Shown: piece after piece, positions 49,361-62,194 of the stretch
Layout of the letters: each line of letters begins with the position of its first letter
Numbering within the stretch: the first letter of the stretch is position 1
Program-made: the position numbers and the translations under genes
Origin: Octopus vulgaris
Taxonomy: Eukaryota
NCBI GenBank assembly: GCA_951406725.2
Contig: OX597817.1
Coordinates: 61,628,001-61,692,000, forward strand
Direction: 5' to 3'
Length of the DNA: 64,000 nt
The notes under the pieces: model-generated
Seen by the model: only the letters and a program-made list of their open reading frames with translations
Databases searched by the model: none
Told to the model about the DNA's origin: nothing

Positions 49361-49745
49361 ATGGGTGCCTGTGTTAGTCACAGTCACAAAAAGCCGTTGG
49401 TGGCTGTGACACAGGACGGTGGTGGTGGTGGTGGTGGTGAGTGTGGTCCTGATGGCAGTAGAGTTATTACAGGGAAAAGTCCTGCTGTTTGTGTATCAGA
49501 TTGCAACGACAGCACTGGGACTATTTACTATGAGACTATCAACAACTACCAGGAAAGCCCCCACTACGTAAACAATTACCCCAACTATGATAATATCAAG
49601 GACCACTCCAACGATGACCCCTACTATGACAATAGCAAGAACAGGACTTCTGTCAGTCACGAGTATGACCTCTCCACTGATAAAATCTCGCAACAAAATG
49701 CGGGAACAGAAAACGAGGAGGAGGACAGCGATTATGCAGAAGTAG
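49361..49745 (+). CDS. Candidate alternative first coding exon: N-myristoylation/palmitoylation motif plus acidic Tyr-motif region, 128 aa
   Basis: ATG GGT GCC TGT GTT AGT (MGACVS), complex non-repetitive ORF with raised GC, 10 Tyr in acidic context; donor TAG|GTAGGT at 49745/49746 is phase 1 (an alternative GT at 49742 would be phase 0). Confidence 0.6.
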
Positions 49746-50005
49746 GTAGGTGTTACACTATCTCCCATCACCAACTTAACATCATGGCCTTCATCATCTG
49801 CTCCATAAATTCTACTTTCATGTAAATTTTGCCTTCTTTGCAAGATTCACAATTTATGGTGTTGTCCAATTCTGTCTGTGTGTGTGTGTGTGTGGTTAAC
49901 TGCATATGTATGTATGGAAGTGTCGAGAAGAATAATGTGTGTGTGTATGTGCAAGTATGTAGGGATATCTATGTTTGTGTTAATGATAGAGGTGTTTGTA
50001 AAAAA

Positions 50006-50151
50006 GGCGGCGAGCTGGCAGAACCGTTAGCACACTGGGCGAAATGCTTAGTGGTATTTCGTCTGCCGTTACGTTCTGAGTTCAAATTCTGCCAAGGTCG
50101 ACTTTGCTTTCATCCTTTCGGGGTCGATAAATTAAGTACCAGTTACGCACT
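50006..50151 (+). mobile_element. Head-2 SINE, 3'-truncated
   Basis: Matches 47165-47311, then switches abruptly to antisense RTE sequence. Confidence 0.88.
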
Positions 50152-50784
50152 CTTATACAATTCCCTGCTACCTCCGTTCTTCCAGTCCCTCCAAGCCTGT
50201 TTCTTTTGTCTAATAGCCCTGTCAACCACATCGTTCCACCACCACGTTACCTTGGGTCGAGATGGGACTTTGCTCCATCCACAGCTCTTGTCAGTGGCTG
50301 TCAGCAGATTGTCCCGTAGAAACCTCCAGTCTTCATCCACATTATGTGATGCTATATCCCCTTCTATTTCGTCGAAAGCTTCGAGTAGGACGTCTCTAAA
50401 TCTCTGTCCATTTGCAGGATCTTTAAGCTTCCAGACCCTTCTCCTCCAAGCTGGTCTTCTTCTGGGCAACCATTTAGCCCTGATCCTGAAGTCGCTAACT
50501 ACTAATCTATGTTGAGGAGTACATTCTTCGCCTGGGAAGGTTTTGGCATTTATAAGCAGCCCTCTTTCCCTCTTTCTGGCGAGGATGTAGTCAATCTGGC
50601 TAATGTGTCTGCCAGAACGGTCGGTGACTAGGTGAGAGGTGGGTTTCCTGAAGTTGGTATTGCAAACCATAAGGTCATTTGCATCGCAGAACTCCTGCAG
50701 CCTGGTTCCCTCCTCATTGCGAGAACCAAAACCGTAGCCTCCATGTACGCCATGGAAGCCCCCGACATACCGTCCAACATGTCC
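50152..50784 (-). mobile_element. RTE LINE internal fragment (AP-endonuclease C-terminal part and linker)
   Basis: GGYGFGSRNEEG, FCDANDLMVCNTNFRK, SQIDYIL and QHRLVVSD (endonuclease motifs); its downstream part matches 39860-40190. Confidence 0.92.
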
Positions 50785-51068
50785 ATATATATATATATAT
50801 ATAATGTATGTGTATATATATAATGTATGTGTATATATATAATGTATGTGTATATATATATAATGTTTGTGTATATATATAATGTATGTGTATATATATA
50901 TAATGTTTGTATATATATATACATATAATGTATGTGTGTGTATATATATATAATGTATGTATATATATATGTATATAATGTATGTGTGTGTATATATATA
51001 TATATATATATAATGTATGTATGTGTATATATATATATATATATATATAATGTATGTATGTATATATG
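50785..51068. repeat. TA-rich minisatellite, unit about TAATGTATGTGTATATATA
   Basis: Directly visible higher-order repeat. Confidence 0.95.
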
Positions 51069-51402
51069 TTTTTGAGATTTCCTTCTCCTAGGTACATTAC
51101 CAACCAAAGTTAAAGAGCTTCTACCTGCCCATGAGATAGGCTAAGCCCGTGCCAGACACCAGACTACTCTGCCTATCTATCTGTGAATGTCTCTCTATGT
51201 CGTGTATGCCATAAGGTCTGCAAATCTAAGACATTTTAAGAGCCATAAAGACCAGAACCTAAATGCAGTTCTTGGTGGTCCAAAGCAGATATGCAGTTTA
51301 TGTTGGGCTCTTTTCAAAACATTTGTGGGGTTTAAAAAGCCTCATCTGACGTCATGATAGATCTAAAGTGGTCAGACTCTGCATAAGGGGTAGACAACCA
51401 CC

Positions 51403-51417
51403 ATGTATACGTGTGTG

Positions 51418-51448
<31 letters not shown>

Positions 51449-52130
51449 GTGTATATATATGTATGTATATATATCTATATGTGTATATATGTATGTATAT
51501 ATATATGTATATATGTGTATATGTATGTATATATATCTATATGTGTATATATGTATGTATATATATCTATATGTGTATATATGTATGTATATATATCTAT
51601 ATGTGTATATATGTATGTATATATATATGTATGTATATATATATACCTATATATATGTATGTATGTATATGTATGCATATATAGCTGTATACTTATATGT
51701 ATACTTATATGTACATATATATATGTATGTGTACATATATGTATGTATATGTATGCATACATATATGTATGCAAATATATCTGTATACATATGTTTGTAT
51801 ATATATATATATGTGTATACATATATGTATATGTATATATGTATATATATATATATATATGTATGTATATCTATGTATGTATATATACATACATATCTAT
51901 TTATATATGTGTATGCATATACATAGACGTATATGTATGTATATACATATGTATATGCATATGTATATATGTGTGTGCGTGTATATATGTTCAGTATGTT
52001 CAAGGTGATGCCCCAGCATCGCCATAGTATAATGCATGAAACTAGTAAAAGATACCGTGTGTGTGTGTGTATATATGTATATATATACACATGCATGTAT
52101 CTAGTAGTTGTATGTATGTGTGTGTGTGTT
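51403..52130. repeat. (TA)n/(TG)n/(TATG)n compound microsatellite
   Basis: Directly visible; contains an isolated CR1-like SINE tail at about 52002-52052. Confidence 0.95.
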
Positions 52131-53259
52131 CATCTCTTCGTTTCTATTCTGAAGCCTTTTCCTTCTGACACCATACCTGTTGTCTTTCAACAACCTGTAC
52201 CTCTAGAGTCTGAATCTTTGTTCACTAGACATTCCTGAAATACTAATCCTCCATTCTGCATGACTCATACCAACTAAAACCAGCTTCGCCTCTGCTGTAG
52301 TTGCAGCTATTTAGCTCTTTAGAAAACCCGGAGGTAATTTAGTCATGATTCAATCACACAACACTATTTAGAAAAATAACTTCTGCTTTTATACTTTCTA
52401 ACCTATACTCAGTTGCCTTACTCTCTCATGCCAGTATACTTCTTCCCTCTTTCCTCCCAGTATTCTCTCTCTCTCTCTCTCTCTCCCCTTGTCAAAGACA
52501 CACATGTAATATGTACATTCTACCACAAACAGTGATACGAGCAATGTATTATATAATTGGTTACTTTACTCAACATAACAGCCTGAATTTCCTAAAACAA
52601 ATAACCATTATCTTTAAGAGGCCACTAGTTCTCCAACCTTTAATCGTAACATAGCTTGTCTCATAAATAAAATGGGGACCAAAAATAAAATCGGTTAAAC
52701 TTTCCACAAAAAGAAAATTCTGACGAAGCATCCTGTACTGCAGCACCAAACTGAATCTCACCCAATCTCCTTTTCTTTCTTTTTTACATTTCTGATTATT
52801 AGTACAATTGTCAAAGTCCCTTAGAAACCTATTACTATTTTTAAATTAGGGATATTGTTTTAAATGCCTAAACAATTACAGTATGCTCCACCATAAAGTC
52901 AAAATGATGATGATCATCATCATCACTATCTTAATGCCCATTTTTCCATACTTGCACGTGTCAGAGTTTATTGAGGAAAGTTCTCTATGGCTTGATGCCC
53001 TTCTTGTTGCCAACCTTCACCCGTTACCAAACAAGATAATATTTCCCCATGGCCAGTTGTGTGTGTGGCTGAGTGACTTGTCTTAACATCACAAGATTTT
53101 GGTATTTTGGTAAATGAATGCCATTCATTTCCAGTATTCTGTGAAAGAGATTATTCCCCAGTTATGCTGTTGGTTACACTGTATAACAAATTGACCATAT
53201 TATCACAACCCCTGGACTGTCAGGGCTGTTTATATATTATTTCTGCATCATCTTTTTCA

Positions 53260-53600
53260 CTGCTTGGTGTCTTGGGCAAGTGTCTTCTGCTGTAGCCCCA
53301 AGCCAACCAAATCTGTGTGAGTGGATTTGATAGATTGAAGCTAAAAGAACCCTATCGTGTGTGTGTGTGTGTTGCCTTCACTCCACATGATAGCTGTAGA
53401 TGAGTGTCACCATCATACAAGCAAGGCTGTTCATTTCCAATCTTCCAAGAATACATGTCTGATCATGGTGAAATATTACCTTTTTTGGAAACTGATGAGA
53501 TTTAAAAGGCAGGGCAACTGGCCAGAGAAAATCTTTCTCAATAAATTCTGTCTGACCCATGCAAACATGGAAAATTGGATGATATAAAGATGATGATGTT
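53260..53600 (+). mobile_element. Head-1 SINE with RTE-type tail (5' part missing)
   Basis: CTTGGGCAAGTGTCTTCTGC...GACCCATGCAAACATGGAAAA...GATGATGATG. Confidence 0.75.
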
Positions 53601-54499
53601 TGCAATAGAATTTAATCAGTGGGTATGATTCCGGCTGGTCCTCCCTCATATCGTAACTTCAATCCTTTGAAATCAACAACCTGTTGCTGAACAAATATTG
53701 ATATCGCTGCTATTTTGTTGTTTTGTGTTTGTTTTGGACGAAAGGTAATAAGCTTGCGGTCGTTAAAAGATGTCTTAAATGCTGCAATTTTAATTGCTTC
53801 ACTTTTTGCCAAATTCCCCAAGATAGTTTTGAATCTTATCCAACATTTTCTATTTGTATTACTACATTTATTAGGTTATAAGTTCCCAAATGCCCAAGAG
53901 TACACATGCACACATGCACGTGCGCACACACACACACACACACACACTATATTTATATCTACATCTTTTAATCTCCAATCATCATAATAGTAAGATGAGA
54001 AGAAAATTGTTCCCTAATTGGTGAATGGCATCTTGAAATCACAATTGTTCTGACTGGGTCTTAAACTGAATGAATGAAGCTCCTGTTTTTATTTGGTTAT
54101 GAAAGTCAACTGGTAAATGATTATGTATTATCACATTGTCTTATTTTAGGATATGAATATAATTATAGACTAGGTTTGAACCAGGAAACTTTGTTTCTAA
54201 ACTAAGGATACTACAGTGTACCTAATCACTGGGCCACTATTTTATGTATTTACGTCAATGGAATAAGATATCAGCAAACAATTGAAGATTTAACCAATTG
54301 ATATATTTCATGTAAATATCAGTATTTCATCAGGTTAGCAATCTGCAAATTGGTCATCTTGGAAACACTCATCTCTGACATCTTGTGCATATATGGTAGA
54401 ATTTTACATGTGTGTGTCTGTGTGTATATACACACAAACACACACATATTATCACAGTCAGAATTACTTTTACCTAAAGTAAAATTATCATTGATTTAA

Positions 54500-54790
54500 T
54501 TCCACAATTCACACTATTGGTTCTACTTGTGTTTACAGATGTTGTGTTGCGATATTGCCTAATTCTACTTTCGTTATGTGCTGCTACAATTTCAGCCAAA
54601 TTTCTGGTGGTTGAATATGAAAATTTTACCTTATGGTGATGAAATAATTTTCCATACTTGTTTGAAGATGGGAAGTATTTATATAGTGCAGCAAAGATTT
54701 TCTGAAGAATATTAGTAGCTATGGAATATGTGAATGATTTATTATACCCGATAATGTTCTTTGATTTAGTCTTTCTATTATTTATATATA
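54500..54790 (-). mobile_element. Penelope-like element remnant (post-RT linker)
   Basis: KNIIGYNKSFTYSIATNILQKIFAALYKYFPSSNKYGKLFHHHKVKFSYSTTRNLAEIVAAHN resembles the Penelope pattern IIWFNPP...TNIG..F..L...HFP....K.F....K.SYS...N....I..HN. Confidence 0.75.
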
Positions 54791-55359
54791 TTTTTTTTTT
54801 CTTAGTCTTAACACCATTAATATAAACTTTTCCTGCAGTGTGAGTGCGTACTTGTACACACACACACACACATCATATATAGCATTGTCATTTGATGTCT
54901 GCTTTTTCATGTTTGCATGGGTGAGATGGAATTTGTTGAGGCAGATCTTCTACTGCTGGAATGCCCTTCCTGTCACCAACCCCCACTGTTTCCATGCAAG
55001 ACAATATTTCCTCATGCTCAAGCATGTTTTCCATGAGAGATTGGAAACAAATAACATTACATGTCATCAAGACAAGGCTACACAATTACTTGTAGGATTC
55101 ATTCGAATCGAGGTTAGTTGCTTCACCTGACTCTTTAGTTAGAACCCCAAATGAAGAAGTGGACCAAATGGGCTTCATGACAGCCATCAACACTAGAATG
55201 TTTACACAAACATAAAAATGGACTCCTTTACGTACCTTCATTTATTTGTGGGTCCAGTCTTTTATCATTTGCCTTTGTTTCAGTCAATGGACTGTGGCCA
55301 TGCTACGCTGCCATAGTATGGCCACAGTACATTTTTTAAGCTTGGTATTTATTCGATCA

Positions 55360-55690
55360 CTCAGTTCCACTGTAGAGCACCTTGGGCAAGTATCTTCTGT
55401 AGTCATGGGCTGACCAATACCTGTAAGTGAATTTGGTAGATGGATACTGTGTGGAAGCCTATCATGCACACATGCACAAGTATGTGTGTTTGACCCTCAC
55501 CCACTACTACTTGACAACCATTGTTGGTTTGTTTACATCCTCGTAACTCAGTGGTTGAGCAAAAGAAATTGGCAGCACAAATACTACCCTTTAAAATAAA
55601 TTACTGTTGCTGATTTGTGTGACTAAAACCTTCAAGGCAGTGCCCTGACATGGATACAATCCAATGACTGAAACAAGTTAAAGAGAAAAG
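55360..55690 (+). mobile_element. Head-1 SINE with CR1-like tail
   Basis: CACCTTGGGCAAGTATCTTCT...CCTTCAAGGCAGTGCCCTGACATGG...ATGACTGAAACAAG. Confidence 0.75.
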
Positions 55691-55891
55691 GTAAACAATA
55701 TATATAAATTTAAATTTAAATGTTTTATAAGTTTGTATTCCTTGGTGGGGGGTGGAGCAAGTCTTCTTTCAAGGAGCAAGAAAAGTTTTACTTCATACTT
55801 AGTCTAAGGGAACACAAAAAGTGTGTACACCTTCATAAATACACATTTCTATCCTCACACATCCAGGTTTGAGATTGGTCATTGTCTAAAG

Positions 55892-56062
55892 CAATGGTTC
55901 TCAGCCCTTTTAATATTAGGGCCAGATCTCAAACCTGGATTTTTTTAGGGGGCTGCACCAAAAACAGTAAAACACCCCTGGATTAAAGAAAAGTTTCTAT
56001 TTATAGAGGGAAGGCCATTGAGGGCTGCATGAGACCCTGAGAGCTGCGGTGAAGAATTGCTG
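55892..56062. mobile_element. hAT-type MITE (degenerate)
   Basis: TIR-like CAATGGTTCTCAGCC and GGTGAAGAATTGCTG; similar 8-bp flanks GTCTAAAG and GTTTAAAT. Confidence 0.55.
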
Positions 56063-56539
56063 GTTTAAATCCTGAGTTTTCCTAATTATGTCATTTGCTA
56101 TTACAGCCAATCAGCTTTCTGTTCTCTTCATTTTGGAACCTGATCCTGTTACTAAGGTACTGCCAGATGTATAAACCCAGATGTCAAACTGACCTTGTTA
56201 AATACTAAAGTTACATAAGTTATTTCGAATCCTCACACCATTCCAGCCTTTCTTGTTATTTTTCTTAGTACCTTTTATTTTTATTCATTTACTTCTATTA
56301 ACAATATTTCTCACATCTGTTTTCAGGTATAGTTACAATGCAAAAGTATCTCCTAGCAAAAAACAATTAAGGAAAAAAAAGGATGGGGTGTTTTTTTTTT
56401 CCACCTTTACACGTCTCCTCCCTTATTTTACTTGTCAAAACTAAGATTAGAAACTTGCTGAAAATTTGGAGTGGTGAATCTTCTCAAATCACTCCCTCCA
56501 TGTTATTTGTGTATGTGTGTGTGTGTACATATGTGTGTG

Positions 56540-56576
<37 letters not shown>

Positions 56577-57137
56577 TGGTGTATTAAATGTGTTCCCTAA
56601 GACAGCAGTTAAACGTTAGCAAACCTGACATACTTATGGGACATATGAAATGTAAACATATACATGCTCTCTCTCTCTCACCCACCCACCCCCTCTCTCT
56701 CCAATCTTGTGTTGGTTTTCTGCACCAATCACAGGTATTGCTGTGAAAAAACAGGGGCTGGTAGATGTAATGGCATGCGTCATTGAAACTGAATTACCAG
56801 AAGACTCTTGAAGGTGGAGAAGAAATCTCAGTTGTGGTTGGGGAGGAGCATTCTTAACTGAGGAACCAGAGAAGATAATGGTAAAAAGATTCTTCTGTGT
56901 AGCAGCAGAGGTGGTGGTGGGGGGTGCAGTGCTGCTATTTTTTGCCATCTGTTCCCCTATCATTCCTTTATTTCCCAACTCCAGATGGAAAACTGCTTCA
57001 CAAGGTGCTGCTGCTGTAACCTGAAGTGATAAGTTTAGTTCTAGGGTCCCAAGTCAGCCCCGATCTGGGCAGAGTTCTTTTCTGATCAAAAACTGAAACC
57101 CTTTTGCTGATCATTCCATATATGATAGGGCACATCA

Positions 57138-57485
57138 TGGCTGTTGTGGTTTAGAAGCTCACTTTGCAACCCTGTGGTTTTTGGGTCTGTCCCACTGGGC
57201 AAATGTCTTCTACAGATATCTCAGGCCAACATTTGAGTGAATTTACTTAGACAGAAACTGAAAGAAGCCCACTTTGTGTGTGTGTATGTGTGTGTGTGTG
57301 TGTGTTCTCACCTACTCACTGCTTCACAACAAGTTTTTGTTTGTTTACGTTCCTGTAACTTAGCAATTTGGACCAATAGAATAAGTACCAGGCTTTAGAA
57401 GTACTAAGGTTAATTTGTTTGACTAAAACCAGTGAATGTTGTGCCCCAGCATGGCCACAGTCCAGTGACTGAAATAAGTAAAAGA
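57138..57485 (+). mobile_element. Head-1 SINE with CR1-like tail
   Basis: TGGCTGTTGTGGTTTAGAAGC head; GTGCCCCAGCATGGCCACAGTCCAGTGACTGAAATAAGTAAAAGA tail. Confidence 0.8.
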
Positions 57486-57594
57486 ATCAGACAAAATATA
57501 TTTAATATTCTCTTCTCTTAATCTGTAGTAGTGTATCATTTTAACTCACTGCCCAGTGGATCCCTTGCTGAGGCTTCTTTCTTGGCTGATTCTA

Positions 57595-57770
57595 ATTTTG
57601 ACATAAGGCCTACAATTTTTAGGGGTGTCAGTTAGTTGATTTCTTTGGCTCCGTTACTTCACAGGTCCTTTGTTTTATCTGATCAACTCCAGTACTTCAC
57701 TGCTATGATATTTTATTGACCCCAAAAGAATGTAAGGCAAAGTTGGCCTCCATGGGACTTGAACTCAGTG
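57595..57770 (-). mobile_element. Degenerate head-2 SINE
   Basis: TTTTATTGACCCCAAAAGAATGTAAGGCAAAGTTG...TTGAACTCAG. Confidence 0.65.
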
Positions 57771-58719
57771 TGTAATCTTTGGTACCAGGTACCAAGGCCA
57801 CTCACTGTTCCATTCTATAAAAACTTACAAGATAAATCTGAAGACACAGGAATCAGAAGCACTAAAGCCATCTCTGACTTTGAGACAGCCAAGATCTACA
57901 CCCTAAAAAAGCAAAGGACCCCCAAATAGAGCCAAGCCCAGATGACAGAGATTACAATTGCAATGTCAGCCACTGAATTTGCAAATCCTGGATAAGTTTG
58001 AATTCCCACGAGACATGATCAAACACTGAACTAAGAGCACTATGCACTTGTGTCTTGTTGATCCCTCTTTCATGGATGTGACAAGAGAATCCAATATAAT
58101 AGGTGACCTTATAAGCAATTTCTTTACAATATTTCATACATATACAAATCGATCAGCCTATTGTCTAGAATATTTTACAATGTAGATCAGGTCAGGTATT
58201 GGGAATCCATCTTTTGTCAGCAATTCCCTACTATTCCTGGTGGATGATGTGGCTGCACCACTCAGGTAACAACCCTCTGACCTATGGATCTGCCTGGGTA
58301 GTTGTTGCTGGTTGTGGTTTTCTCAACCTCTTTAATCACCTTTGATGACATGTAGAGGAAATGTCAAATCTATTGTTTGGCATGCCATTCAGTACATTAC
58401 AAAATGTAGTAGTATTGAATATAATGTAATCCTCAACTTTTCAACCTAGCTCTTGTTTTTGTTTTTATACTCATTTTCACCCTGATGGTTCGTATTAAAC
58501 TTCTCACATTCACACAAGTAGAAATGATATTGTTTATCCAGATTTCCTCATTAGTAATTATTCTGTGAAGCTATGAAGATGACAAGGATGTCAAAAATCT
58601 GTTTGATGTCATCACCCTGAATGGAAAATAATGGAAAATATTAGTCATTGTTTAATATGATATTTTTCTAGTTTAGTTCATTAATTCTTTATACATTAAT
58701 CACCACACTCTTATTTATC

Positions 58720-59085
58720 TAGGTGGGTAGTTAAGAATCTTGCTTCCCAGCCATGTGGTCTCCAGTTCAGTCCTACTACTAGGCACCTTGGGCAAGTATC
58801 TACAGCTCTGGGCTAATCAATGCGTCTGTGAGTAGATTTGGGAGATAAAAACTGAAAGAAGTCTGTCGCATGTGTGTGTGTGCGCGTCTACCCTTGTCTT
58901 GTGTTGAGTATTCATTTTTTTCCCCGTCTTCCATGAAAACCATGTCTGGTTATGAGAAAATATCCCCTTGCTTGAAAAAAGTTATGGTTTGGTGACAGGA
59001 AGGGCATCCAGCTGTAGGAAATCTGTCATAACAAATTCCATCAGAGCCATTAAAACATTGAAAAGTAGATGTAAATGCAATGACG
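58720..59085 (+). mobile_element. Head-1 SINE with RTE-type tail
   Basis: GTTCAGTCC head; GACAGGAAGGGCATCCAGCTGTAGGAAATCTG tail. Confidence 0.78.
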
Positions 59086-59271
59086 AGAGTGGTGAGGATA
59101 TTTATGGTTTAAATTTTTAATACTCTTACAAACTGATGATGTTAACTCCTTCTTATGTGTGATATTTTGTAGTTGTTTTTTTTTCTTGTTTTTTTTGCCT
59201 TCAGGAAAGAACTTGAAAGAACAAACTTCTCACTTCAAGTTGCACTGTCACAACTTAAAATGCCTTGTGTA

Positions 59272-59306
<35 letters not shown>

Positions 59307-59512
59307 ATGTATTGAAAGGATTATGGAAATAGTGAGATTAGCATGGAATTAATACAGTGTGCAAGTGTAAGATTTACTCCAAGCTGGACCACTGCTGGCT
59401 ATATTTTACATTTGTTTATCTAATCTTATTTCACTGATACGACTAACAAGAATTGCTGTTAATTACTGCTTGACTATGATTCTAGCTAGTAATTAATCAT
59501 CCTTTTGACACA

Positions 59513-59920
59513 ATTATTATTATTATTATTATTATTTGTTGTTGTTTTACTTCTCAGAATGTTTGGTCTTGTTTGCTCTGGCCAATTTTGTGAGAACAGA
59601 CAGCAGCCTGCTGTCAGAGGTCTCACAGGGTCTCCTTCTGCACATTATAAGCTTTGATAATTGGTTGTTAATTAATGTGGCAGACATTCAACATCCAAGT
59701 ACCAATCTCAAAATCCTAGCTGTCCCCAGCAGAGCAGTTTTTTAGGCTTGCACTGCTCTCATGTCAATTCCGAATTCTCTGATATATTTCTTGAACTTGG
59801 TTGTTTGTACTTTTCTCTGACATATTTCTCAAATTTGGTTGTCAGTGCTATTATTATTATTATTAGTTTTTCGTCGTCTTTCAATTTTGTTTCCATTTCT
59901 GGCCATGTCTTCCCGACACC
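59513..59920 (-). mobile_element. R4/Dong-like (restriction-like endonuclease) LINE 3' end with (TAA)n tail
   Basis: Minus strand encodes TTKFEKY...GIDMRAVQA*KTALLGTARILRLVLGC*, the characteristic C-terminus of R4/Dong-group ORFs; ends in (AAT)n. Confidence 0.78.
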
Positions 59921-60214
59921 TAGGGCAATAAAGCTCACTGTATACATTGATTGGCCATTAAAAGTAACTCACCAAATAAATTCATTTACAAATCAAATGG
60001 TGTTCAGTAGAAAAACAAACAAACAATTATTTACATTGACGTTTATCATTTTCACAGCAACAATGCTCGTTTCAATATGTGTGACATACTTGTGAAAACA
60101 ATCTTTTGCACTTCTTGCTGGGATGGTAAGCCAGGAATCATTCTTGGTTAATTTTCAGTTTTGATCATTCCTTCAGCTCCTGCAATCACTTGGGATTTTA
60201 ACCACCTTGAGACG

Positions 60215-61712
60215 TATTATTGTTGTTGTTGGATACCCCAGGAGTGGAGACGGTCAGCACCATTCTAAAGGAATACAAGTTGGTTGCAATACCAACAAGT
60301 CAGCTGGCTTGCAGTTGGGCACCTGGAGAGGAAGGTCGATGCTATTGGACTGCATCATGGGACGTTGAACTGACAAACCAGTTAAACTGCTTGGGGTCTG
60401 GTTTGGTCCCAACCTCCAAGTGGATAAGAACTGGGATGAGGTGACAAGCAAGGTGGCTAGTCTTACCAGAAACAGGCTGAGAAGAAGCTGTTTCTGAAAG
60501 GTCAGCCATCATCATTTATTGCCTGGCCATTGTGTCCTGCTCCAGGTACTGCTTGACCAAGATGGAGTGTATCTTATTTAATTTCTTGTGGAAGGGACAC
60601 ATTCCAATGGTCAGTCTGCTACCAGTACCCTCTCAGTGGCAGCTTCTTATGCAGAGGCATGCACTCCGGTTGCACCCACTAACAATTTTTGAACAATGGG
60701 CATGTCTAAGTACCATTCGTGAGGCTTGTCTTTCTGCAGCTTGTCTCCTTGACAGAGCTGCAGTCCTGGGTGAAGAAAAGACTGAGATTGGGCACCTGGC
60801 ACCTAGAATGTCATTGGTGCATGTTCCACTTTAGCAAGATGTGGAGGATTAGTGGAGGAGAAGTGTGATGATTTTCTCAGGGAGACTGTGGCTGTTGATG
60901 AAAACAAACTGGTTAGTTTGTTGTGGAGGACTTTTTTGGACAGGGACTACCATGGATAATTTCCAGATGTCCTTGGCTTGGCAGTGCCTCTGAGGGGCAT
61001 TACCAGTTCAAGATAAACTCAACAGGCATGGATGTGCTGTCAGACAGGATTGTCTGAGATGTGTACATGCACTCTTTCAGTGTCCGTGCATTGATGACCC
61101 GTGGGGGTTATGCTGAACAACTGCTGTTGTATGTGGGCACAGATCCATCTGTCTGCTGAGTCCATAGTGAGTATTGCTTTAATCAGGCAGATAAGGTAGT
61201 TTTCCTTTGCTTGATGGCAATGGCAAGAGATTATCTGCTGGATGAGGCTGAAAAGCATGAGGACAGAGTCTTTCCTCTTTGATAGGGTCCTCACTAACCT
61301 TTTCAAGTTTTCACTTGAAAAGGCAAGGGTGGAGAGGGAGGTGCTGTCCTTGTGAATTTATTGAAAGTTGTGAAAATGGGAAGAGTGGATGACACTGCTC
61401 TAAGTATAGACCTGTGAGTTGGAGAGAGCACTTGTCCTCTGTGTTTAGGGAGATCTTAGATGGTAGGGCTCCTCGATTATTCCTAGAGGTCCTCCTGTGC
61501 CAGGACATCACCACTATCATCCCCACTTTTTTTTCTCTTACTGTTTTTTATGCTTCTCTTTGTTTGATTGTATACTGTGTATACTATTCTCTATATATTT
61601 CTTTTTGTGTCATTTCATTTCATGTACACCCCCACCCCCCCAACACCTTATATCTGTCTTTGTCTTGGCCCCTTCATCCTTTGCCCTTGTGGAAAATAAA
61701 TCATCATCATTA
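60215..61712 (+). mobile_element. Tx1/L1-clade LINE 3' portion, heavily degenerate
   Basis: Fragments PVKLLGVWFGPNLQVDKNWDEVTSKV, KKLFLKG, ILFNFLWKG and SLAWQCL*GALPV match the post-RT region of Tx1/L1 ORF2; pyrimidine-rich 3' UTR ending AATAAA plus (TCA)n. Confidence 0.75.
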
Positions 61713-62194
61713 TTAATTGCAGTTTTGGCTGATGTCAGAAGAATTGGTGATAAAGCAAATGGAAATGAATGTAGTCCATGGCATCCTTTGGGTGATTGTT
61801 GGGTCTTTGTCTTTGATGTGTGTCAGTGTGTCATGCTGGCATAGTGTCATATGATGGGATGTACTTTTGTGTCTAATTATTTTGAACCTATTAAGAAAGT
61901 TCCAGTCCCATCTGTGATTTTCTTACGACATTGTAGAAACCAATTTGAGACGATAAGATTGTGACCCCTTATGAATTGTGGCAGTAGATGAGAGAGTTGA
62001 GTTACATATATTTTTCTAAAGCTTAGCATCCCATTGAAAGTCTTTAAAAGGAAACGGTCCTGAAATTCCAGATGATAATGATGCTGATGATGATGATGAT
62101 CCTGAAGTACCCGCAAAATATGTTGCTTTTATGATTTGGTCCTTTTCTTTTTCTCTCTGTTTACATAAATGTGGGCACGACTCTGCTTGCTTTG

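Noticed and set aside
51368-52238. Multiple Cys/Tyr/Ile/Val ORFs
   Set aside because: Microsatellite translations.
53612-53870. Possible Penelope GIY-YIG remnant (KTSFNDRK)
   Set aside because: It has the right strand and position relative to 54500-54790, but is too degenerate to support from sequence alone.
56735-56811. Phase-1 acceptor candidate for the shared downstream exon
   Set aside because: It reads GIAVKKQGLVDVMACVIETELPEDS then stops, with no CAP similarity.
59205-59272. Strong polypyrimidine acceptor (TTTTTTGCCTTCAG) and short open frame KELERTNFSLQ
   Set aside because: That frame is incompatible with phase-1 donors, the phase-1 reading shows no CAP similarity, and the donor is weak; RNA-seq would be needed.
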